Assembly: GCF_036321535.1 (NCBI RefSeq)
Contig: NC_087449.1
Coordinates: 51,336,001-51,400,000, forward strand
Source of the DNA: Camelus dromedarius
Taxonomy: Eukaryota
Direction: 5' to 3'
Length of the DNA stretch: 64,000 nt
Positions 1 through 10,100 of the stretch are shown here, piece by piece (position 1 is the first letter of the stretch; each line of letters begins with the position of its first letter). The notes below the pieces were generated by a model. It did no database searches. It was not told where the DNA came from and was given only the letters and a program-made list of their open reading frames with translations. Position numbers and translations under genes: made by a program.

Positions 1-732
1 AATGGCTCTGGCTGAGTCTGCTCACCAAGGTCCACCCTTGCTCCTAACTCACAGTGGAACCCTGAGCAGATGAGGTGATGGTCAGCTCCCCATCTGTCAA
101 CTAGAGCTCCTGTATCTTGCCCAGCCCACTCCCCAAGGTCACTGCTGTTAGAATCAGAAGACAGCATGTATGTGAAAGTGCTTTAAAATGCTACAAAGCA
201 GAAAGTCTGTTCTTTGCAGGTGATGTTTCTTTAAAGGATATTTGCTTACAGATCACACTTTCCCTGTGACCTCTTGAAGAATAATTCTTAAAATAGATTT
301 TAAACTTTGAGGCTTTTACCTTAAAGTTTTATGTACACAGAAATCAATAATGTCTGATTTTATGACAACTGTTATTTTACTTCTTGAAGACTTAACATCT
401 GTCCAGAAACACGGTGAAAAAAACTTTTAATTGGTTTTTATAGTTTTTCCAAATCTTAGTGAATCCTTTAAGATGTATGAATATCTCATTTGGAAAAACA
501 TTTGTCTGAAGGTTAGCAATTCTTTCAGTTTTACTTTTCTTTCTTTTTCTTTAGTTAAATTCAGTAAAAATGATAATAAATACTTTTAATTTAAAAAATT
601 AATGATCGCTATTACTATGTAGCAGAATTGGGGTGATTTTCAGTTTCTTCATAATACTTTACTGTATTTTCCAAATTTTCAATCATAACTGTTACTTGAA
701 TGAGAAAAACATGTAATTTAAAACAGATGGAA

Positions 733-870
733 GGGGGAGGGTATAGCTTAGTGGTAGAGCACATGCCCAGCATGCATAAGGTCCTGGGTTCAATCCCCAG
801 TACTGCCATTAAATAAATAAATAAACAAACCTAATTACCTCCCCCTCCAAAAGAAAAAAAGGAAAAAAAT
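733..870 (+). mobile_element. Camelid tRNA-derived SINE (vic-1 type)
   Basis: GGGGAGGGTATAGCTTAGTGGTAGAG...GGTTCAATCCCCAG (A/B boxes), AATA repeats, AACCTAATTACCTCCCCC, A-tail. Confidence 0.9.
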
Positions 871-1097
871 TAAAACATGAAAAATGAATTTTACAAACTG
901 AAAAAAATATAAGGCAATGGTATTTTTGCCACAGACCTATATCCTGGGGTAGAATGCCACACGTCTAGGGAGTGACAGGCTCCCTCCCCTGTTAGCGAAA
1001 CCCCCCACCCCAGGCTCTTTGGGAGCTGCACTTCCACCTCAGGTGACACATCTTACTGTAATGATGTGTGAACTGAGTGAAGGGACTTCTTTCTTAC

Positions 1098-1131
1098 CTT
1101 CTAATGCATCATCTCCAACTTCTTCATATGT
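1098..1131 (-). CDS. TRNAU1AP: TRNAU1AP exon 8 (34 nt)
   Basis: [11 protein letters not shown]; CTTGGCAG acceptor, GTAAGA donor. Confidence 0.94.
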
Positions 1132-4100
1132 CTGCCAAGAGACCAGAGAGGTGCGTGAGAAGCATAGTGAAATCCCGGCCCGTGACTAAGATGGTGTTTT
1201 GTTTTGTTTTGTTGGTGGTGGGGGAGATAATTAGGTTTATTTATTTCAATTGAACCCAGGACCTCGTCCGTGCTAAAGCACGCGCTTTACCACTGAGCTA
1301 TACCCTCCCCCCAAAGATGGTGTACTTTGAACAAGAGGAACTAGGTTGCTTCATCTTTCCCCCAGTTTTTCCTGAAGCCCAAGCTCCCGTCCTTACCCAT
1401 CCCTTCCTGGAGAATGACTCAGGTCTCTACAGGATGATGTAACCCAAGAGGGCCAGACTGGCCAGATCACAGTTACCTGCATGGTGCTCTGCGTATAGCC
1501 ATACTGGGGGTAACTATAGCTGTAGCTGCCTGTGTTCTGGTCGTAGCCCCACTGGGCATAGTAGTTCTGGTACTGCTGGTAGTACTGGTTGTAGCTGTAA
1601 CTGTACATCTGACTATATTCCACTGGCTTCACACGACTCCTTAAATGAAGACAGAAAAGTCAACAAACAAATGTAAGCAAACATTTCCATAACACTATGT
1701 GACCTGAGACTGTTTTAAGTGCTTTAAGCAGATTAACTCAGTTAATCCCCACAATACTGCTATGCAGTAACTATACCATTATTCCTATTTTACAGATGAG
1801 GAAAGTGAGGTACAGAGAGGTTACATAATTTGTCCAAAGTCACATAGCTAACAAGAGATTCAAATCCAGGCAGTCTGGTCCCAGAGTCCAGCTTTAAAGA
1901 CAAGAGCTTTCAATCATTAGGTTTGTCTCTCTAATCAAACCTTGTCAGTGCTGACTTCTCCCATTCTCAAGATCTTGGGGGGCTGTTTTTCTGCCAGCCA
2001 CAAAGGCTCAGGTGAACATGGCCTGGAGAATCTGGATTTAGGATGATCTAAGAAGCATTTCAAACTACAAAATATCTAATCACCTCTTCTCCTCAAAAAA
2101 AGGGGGGGAAAAAAGCAGCATTCCAGTAGACTGGAGCTGTAGTCATAGCGACCATTTATGGAGTAGGTACTTGGGACTTGTGCCCATTGTTTTTCATACA
2201 TGGTGTCTTATTTTAAGTTCTGTACGACCCTATGATAGAGCTATTATTTATTATTCCCATTATACAGATAAGAACACTGAACTTCTCTGAAAGGTTAAGT
2301 GATTTACCCAAGACCACAGCTACAACCAGAACCAATTTTAACTCCAGGGCTCACACTCCCACCACCCCATACACACTGCCCCGGCACTGACAGACTCAAG
2401 ACAGCTTGCCAGTGTCCCACATCCTGCCTTCACCAATTAAGGCTGAGGCCCAGGGTCAGTAGAAAGCTTTCTTATCCGATTGTACAGTGATCCCAGCCAC
2501 TGCTAACCAAAACCAGAATGTCAAGCTTGCAAAGGATCTACTGCTTTCAAAAACATAAAGAATCAGGTGTGGTGAGCTCTTCCCAAATTCCTCATGAGTT
2601 CAATGTCTGCTTGGTGAGCAGGACTCAGAACAGTCAGAGAGACTCCACATCTGACTGCGTTCGCATCACCTCCCAATTGGGTGGCTCGATGAAGTCTGAT
2701 GGCAGATTCCCTCTCCCCGGCCAGCACGAGGCTGGAAACTGCTAATGTTCGTTTCCATGACTCCACCTCCACGTGTCCAAGGAGTCTGTCCCCCTCCTGA
2801 TATGTTCAGGCCACTGAAGGTACATTTCTCTTCTGCTTCTCCACACTCAGCTCCTACAGTCTAACTCTCAAAGGGGACTCTTACTTTATCAGCCTCAATT
2901 CCTAGTGCTTGAGGGCACCTCCCCAGAGGCAGGCATCAAATACTGATGACAATGTTCAGTGAAGAAACAAATATAACAGAATATAACCTCCCTGCAGAAA
3001 GGACTTTGTTTCTTATTTACAGCTATAATTTCAAAGTCCAGGACAGGGCCTGCAGAGTCATAGGAACTCAGTTATCATTGACTGAACAATGGTGACACAT
3101 CAGAAACAGCCGTAACAGTCAACAACAGAGGCTGCTAGACAGAATATACAATCAAAAGAACATCCTGCAGCTGTTAAAAAATATTATAATGATGACAGCT
3201 GTTCAACTAGATGGCAAAGTGAGTGTGTACACTGAGTAAGCTGGGAGGAGAGAAGAATAAGCACTGTTATTATAATCAAAAATGAATAAAGAAATGAATC
3301 TACCACATGTTAACTGATCCACGTGAAGTGTGTGCGTGTCCATGCCCATGTCTATATCTACATCTATACATCACAGAAGTTTATGGAGAAGCTTGGAAAG
3401 GAACTCAGAACTTTTAATTAGTCATCTTAGGGTAATGAGGAAATTTCTCTCTTCTAAATGTTTTCTTTATAATGTTCTTATACATATAATAGAGTTGAGA
3501 ACAAACAACATTTGGAGGGGGAGGAAGTACTCAGGCTGTATTAAACATGGGTTAAACTGTGAAGATCCTCCAAATCTTTTGCTGTTTTAAAAACCAAGAT
3601 CAGTTGGAAGTCCTGCCCTAAGAGTGCAGCCACTCCTCTACTTGTAACAGGCAGTTTCTCAGTCTTTGCAAAATTGACTGTTGGGGGTGGCAGCAGGTCA
3701 TTCTTTGTCATGGGGAATGTCCTGTGCACTGTAAGATGTTCAGTCGCATCCCTGGCCTCTACTCACTAGATGCCAGTCGTAGCCCTCCCCCAAGTTGTGA
3801 CAACTAAAACTGTCTCCAGGTGCTGCTAATGTCCCCTGCTGAGAACCATTGCTTGGGCCAAAGAATGGAAGATTCTGTGCAAAGAAAGGCTGTCTTACAT
3901 CTGAGTGAAAAACCTGCTTGGTGTTGTAAGGGACGGAGGGTTTTCGGCCTAGTGTGACAGGTAACAGTGATGTATTAATATTCTATTGTGGAGTGCATCA
4001 TTAGAAAACTCAGTGTAACAAAAACCCAGGACATTTTTGGAAATTCTGTTTTCTAGCAACTTTGTGTGAATTTTTATACAAGCACTGTTTTATGAGTTAT

Positions 4101-7100
4101 ATTAAAATAGAAAAATAGAAAAAAATATGGAAAAAAAATTCCGTTCTGTTTGGAGCATTAATTCTTAGCCATTCCCATAGCAGGTGACATTCATAGGAGG
4201 TTTGTAGGTTTCACTGATATAAATAAGGCTAAAACTGGATGTAATTTTTGTCTGCTCAGTTCTTATGAATTCCGTGGATAAATTTTTAACAGCGGCACTA
4301 CTGGGCAAAGAGCAGAGACAGTAACTGTGTGTAGCCAGACTGCTTTTCCAGCATTGCTACCAGTGACGTCTGAATGTATCTGCTTTCCCCAGTTAGAGCT
4401 CTCTCCTCAACCAGAAACTTCTGGAGGGGCAAGGTTATATTAGTTCCTCCCTAACACCCAGCACACAGCCTGGCAAATATCAGGCACTCATTATTTGCAG
4501 CCTGAACTGAATCTCCTGGCAGCCTCCCATTCAGCACATAGGCGATACCCTGATTATCAACAACAGACGAGGCGCATGCAGGTGGGGGTCGGTCCAGAGG
4601 CCTCTGCTCCCCAGCAGCGCAGGACTCACGCTTTAGGGATCGCCACACTCAGCCGCACTGGTTTAGACCCCAGGCCTACTGCTCCCTGGCACTCTGTCAG
4701 GGCTCGCTTCTGTTCCAGTTCATCTGTGAATTTCACAAAACCATAGCCCCTGCAGGGGGAAAAATAAACAACCCACACTATTTAGAACACAAATGTGATG
4801 AAGGTAAAGTCTAAGACTGGGAAAGGGGCTGAGAAGGGAGAGTCCATCAAATGACGTGTGAGAGCCCCATCAGTGGAGGGGTGCCACAGAGCTACCCTAG
4901 ATTCAGGCACACGAGGATCCTGAGATCTGTAGGAACCCCAACTTTCACCAGTCTCCTCCATACTGTCTTGATGGGGCTTTTTCCCAAATAGTAGCTTCCC
5001 TCCCATCTACCGGCAAGTACTAGTAGGAGCAGTAGTAGTAACAGTCACAGAAGGTCAGTCAGCAAATATTTACCAAGTCTGCCCTGTGTGCCAGGTGTTA
5101 CACCTGGCCCTGGGACTCAGCAATCACAAGCAGACGAGGTTCTGTTCTCCTGAACTCACATTCTACTTGGGGGATAAATGAATGATGGCTAACACTCAAT
5201 GAGCACTTATTTCATCTGTGCTGAGCATCTTTCCATGGTTAACTCACCGAACTATCCCACAGCTTGATGAAGGGGGTACCCACATTTTAGTGAAGACAGA
5301 ATCAAAGTTCAGAGGTTTACTAACTTGCCCAAAGTCATAGTGGAAGCAGGATTCAAATTCAAAGCCCAAGATCATAACTACAACTCAGATCAAGAATGAC
5401 CCTCTCGTGAGGTCTTTCTACTTTTGAAGTAACAATAATAAATAAAAGAGGAAACACCTAAAAAGCATTTCCTGTTGCTTTATTTATATTACGTCACTTA
5501 ATCCTTATGCTGCCCCCTGAGAGACACAGATACTACTGATCGGTCCCATTTCACAGATGAGGAAACAGGGTCAGAGGTTCAGTTACTCGTCTGCGGCATA
5601 AGCCCTGGGCAGCACTGAAGCTGGGATTCACACCAGGCAGTTTGGCTCCAAAGCCTGTGCCCTTAACCACCGTGCAGCATGGCCTCACTACACCATCTCC
5701 TTTTCTGGGAAAAATGCTGCAACCAACAGGGTAGGCATCAATNNNNNNNNNNNNNNNNNNNNNNNNNNNNNNNNNNNNNNNNNNNNNNNNNNNNNNNNNN
5801 NNNNNNNNNNNNNNNNNNNNNNNNNNNNNNNNNNNNNNNNNNNNNNNNNNNNNNNNNNNNNNNNNNNNNNNNNNNNNNNNNNNNNNNNNNNNNNNNNNAG
5901 AAGAGAAAGCGAAATTCAGAGACAAAGAACAAAACTTTTGCTCTTAGCCCATTCTAGTAAATCTTTTCTAGGTCTTCTTAGAGAACAACCTCTGATGCGT
6001 CCTAATTTGTTTCACTTGGCAGTCCTGGCAGAAGAGTTATGGAAGGAGTCCCCTGTCCCAAATCCCTCACCCCCTGAATAAAGCCTGTCTAGCTTCAAGT
6101 ATTACAGGAGTGCAGATGGAGGGCAGGGCTAGAAGTGCTCAAAGGATAAAACCAGATATTCTGTCTATTTTTAATTCAAATGGTGAAAGACAGAGAGAAT
6201 AACTGGACCTTCTCTCCTAAAGATGAGCTAAAATGAAATCTCTCAACTTTGAGGACAGAGGTCAGTAACTTCACAGAAACTTTACTATCTGGCACTTCTG
6301 TGAAGTGCCAGATAGTAAATATTTTAGGCTTTGTGGGGACACCTGTGGCCTCTGTCACATGCACTCTACCACCATGCACCCTCCCCCCAGAATATTATTC
6401 TTTTTAATTTTTATTTTGTGTGGAAGTAGACTATGTCGAATATTGTAATATGTCAATGAACACTCTTGATGTTAATCTTTATACACATCCACGAATAAGT
6501 TCTGAAAAGTAGAATGACAAGTTCAATGGCCACAAATCTATCTAAAGCCTTTGATACATTGTTTTAAACCTTTCAAAAAGCGATCTTAAATGCTAAATCA
6601 ATTTATGTTGCTACAACAGGTCAGTTCTTACCTAATAAAACACCAGTACTGTGGGCAGTAACAGGGCTGGGGGAGGGACCAAATATAGAGAAGACATGGG
6701 CCTTGACAAGAAGCATCCTGGGAAGGGTCCACCAATGGGGGTGGGGGATGTCATCCTTCAGAAGGGAGGTAAAATGGGGCCAAACTCAGCTCCCCATCTC
6801 CCTCTTTGGGAATGACAGGCACAGTGACACATCTTGTCTCTATCTAGACATTTCCTGGGGCTTGAAGCTAACTTAGGGCTACTCTGTACTTACCTGTTGT
6901 CTGGTTGTTTCCCATAAGTGGCATAGTTCAGTTTAAAACGTTTTGCCTGGAAATTTAAAAACAAACAAACTAAAACAGAGAAAGGTGTTTCAAGAGTCAA
7001 ACAANNNNNNNNNNNNNNNNNNNNNNNNNNNNNNNNNNNNNNNNNNNNNNNNNNNNNNNNNNNNNNNNNNNNNNNNNNNNNNNNNNNNNNNNNNNNNNNN

Positions 7101-10100
7101 NNNNNNNNNNNNNNNNNNNNNNNNNNNNNNNNNNNNNNNNNNNNNNNNNNNNNNNNNNNNNNNNNNNNNNNNNNNNNNNNNNNNNNNNNNNNNNNNNNNN
7201 NNNNNNNNNGAAACGTGTCCTTACTGCTGCCAGCCTGTTCTACTTTCTCAATCAAGCAAGCGGTCTAGATTTTCAAGTCTTCCGTTAAGGGAGGCAGCGG
7301 TGCAGAGTGGAAAGGGCATGGATTTTAGAGGCAACCAATCTTCAGTTTGCATCCTGGCTCTGCCACTACCTGTGTTGCCTTGGGCAAGTTATTCCATTTC
7401 CCTGAGCTTCAGTTTCCTGGTCTGTCAAAGATAACAATGCCTACTGTTCAGCGTTGTGATAGGATTAAATACAGTAAGTATACAGTAGGGACTCAATAAA
7501 TGACAGTTATCAATGACAATAAAAATGGCANNNNNNNNNNNNNNNNNNNNNNNNNNNNNNNNNNNNNNNNNNNNNNNNNNNNNNNNNNNNNNNNNNNNNN
7601 NNNNNNNNNNNNNNNNNNNNNNNNNNNNNNNNNNNNNNNNNNNNNNNNNNNNNNNNNNNNNNNNNNNNNNNNNNNNNNAACTGTTAAAGATGTGATATCT
7701 ATGTCTTTTCGCATTAGANNNNNNNNNNNNNNNNNNNNNNNNNNNNNNNNNNNNNNNNNNNNNNNNNNNNNNNNNNNNNNNNNNNNNNNNNNNNNNNNNN
7801 NNNNNNNNNNNNNNNNNNNNNNNNNNNNNNNNNNNNNNNNNNNNNNNNNNNNNNNNNNNNNNNNNNNNNNNNNNGCATTTATTGTTCATGGAATTTTGAA
7901 TGATGGCCATTCTGACTGGTATGAGGTGATACCTCACTGTAGTTCTGATTTGCATTACTCTGATAATTAGTGATACTAAACATTTTTTCATGTCTATTGG
8001 CCATTCCTATGTCTTCATTGGAGAAATACTTGTTTAGGTCTTCTGCCCATTTTTGGATTGGGTTGTTTGTTTTTTTATTAAGTTGTATGAGCTGTTTATA
8101 TATTCTGGAAATTACTGACTGTACTTCAGTTAAAAAAAAAAAAAAGATGTGCTATCCAGATGGGAGACTGAGTCTGGGCCTGAAGGGAAGAAAAAATGTT
8201 TTCCTAATCAGACCCTGTACTGTTTTTGCTCCCTGCCATAATCCAGTTCAGAATTTACAAACCTGAGTATAAGGACTGCCAATTTAGGCCAGTCCCAGAC
8301 TCATTTATTTATGTGTTGTATCACCTACGAAGTACTTTTGCCAAAAATGTTTAATGCAATCCAATGAAACCTTTAAATCTAATGTCCAGTTTTCAGGAAA
8401 TATTAGGAACAAAATAAGTAAACCACCACCACAAGGAAACAAATAAATCCAGAAAGCAGGACCAGAATCCAGAATGTAGAACCTTGTATGAAACAATTAA
8501 TCTTACCTCTTTAAAAAGTCAATGTTGTGGGGAGTGTATAGCTCAAGTGGTAGAGTGTGTGTTTGGCATGCACAGGGTGCTGGGTTCAATTCCCAGTACC
8601 TCCTCCAAAAATAAATACATACATACATACATACATACTCTAATTATCTGCCCTCCACCAAAAAAAGCTAAATAAATAAAGTCATCTAGAAAATGTAAAG
8701 AAAAACAAATTTTAAAAAAAGTCACTGTTAAGAGAAAAGAAAGAAGTGGGCTTTTCTACATTAAAAAAAGAACAAAAAAACTAAATGCAATGGAGAATCT
8801 GATCTCTGGATCCTAATTCATTAAAAAACAAATAAAAGCTATAAAAATACTCTGGGGAGAATTATAAAAATTTAAATGTAGACTGGCCATTGTGTGATAT
8901 TAGGGAATCATTGTTAATTCTGTTAGTGTGATATGAGCATTGTGGTTGTGTAACAGAATGTCCAGGGATTGGCAATGTAAGCTCAAATATTTAGCGGTGA
9001 AATGTCTCAATGCCTGTAATTTACTTTCATGGTTCAGGAAAGAGAAAGTATCTACCTACCTAAATCTATCTTTATTGACAGACAGGTAAGGAAAATATGG
9101 CAACATGTTACCAATTTTTGAAATTAGGTGGTAGCTCTATGAGAGTTCATTATGCTATTCTTTGAAGATTTGTTTTAAATTTTTCATAATTAAAAAGGTT
9201 TTTTGATCACCTTTCACAGGCCAGGCTGATACAGAGTTAAAGAATGTGGTTCCTATGCTTAAGAAACTTACAATCTAGTTGGACAAAGTAAACCCATAGG
9301 CCTTACCTAACTGGGGGATGTCTGTGCGATTCCTGGTGTTCTATTTTTTAAAGCATCACTGAGAAACATGAGTAGGAGGAAGTGGCTAAACCCTGACATC
9401 CTTTCCTACTTAAGAGATTTACACTGAAAACATTTAATTTTCCTTAACATCAGCCTTAAAGCTATCACCAGTAAAATAAACCAGTTTTCTGGAAATACAA
9501 TATTCAGTGCAGATAACCCTACAGACACCCAGCCAAGAAGGTACAGGCAAGGGCAGTACCCAAGCCCAAGGATCTCAGAAGACAGTCTAAGAGCTCCATA
9601 AGTGTTTGCTGATGCTTAGAGGAATGGCTGGCCATTCTGTGCCTTCTGTCTTGTGTGTGCTAGAACCTTACGGCTCACAGATGTAAAGACCACCACCAGT
9701 AAGAGCTGAGCATTACTGAGCCAAACACCGTGCTGGCCACCTCACCTGCACCGGCTCATCTACTCCTCATGGAACTCTATGAGGGAATGAAACTATCCCT
9801 CCCACTCAGGTATGGAGACCGAGACCTAGGATTTTACAAGATGCCTTAACCCACACAGCTGGTGTGTGCCGAAGCTCGAAGCTGGGACTTGAATTCAGGG
9901 TAGTCTGACCACATTCTTTCCGCAATACTTTACTATGAAAACTTCCAAATATAAAAACTGAAGGAATTGTACAGCAAACACCATATATATGTACATACAC
10001 ACACACACACAGCCTACCCTTCAATTAACACTTTTTAGATATATGCATTTCCATGTTTATTGTAGTTCACAATAGTCAAGACATTCTATTAACACTTTAT

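Noticed and set aside
733-810. tRNA-like sequences with A and B boxes (also 8529, 35309, 44247)
   Set aside because: These are SINE heads with A-rich tails and TSDs, not cloverleaf tRNA genes; their small ORFs (e.g. 615-809, 8543-8725) are spurious.
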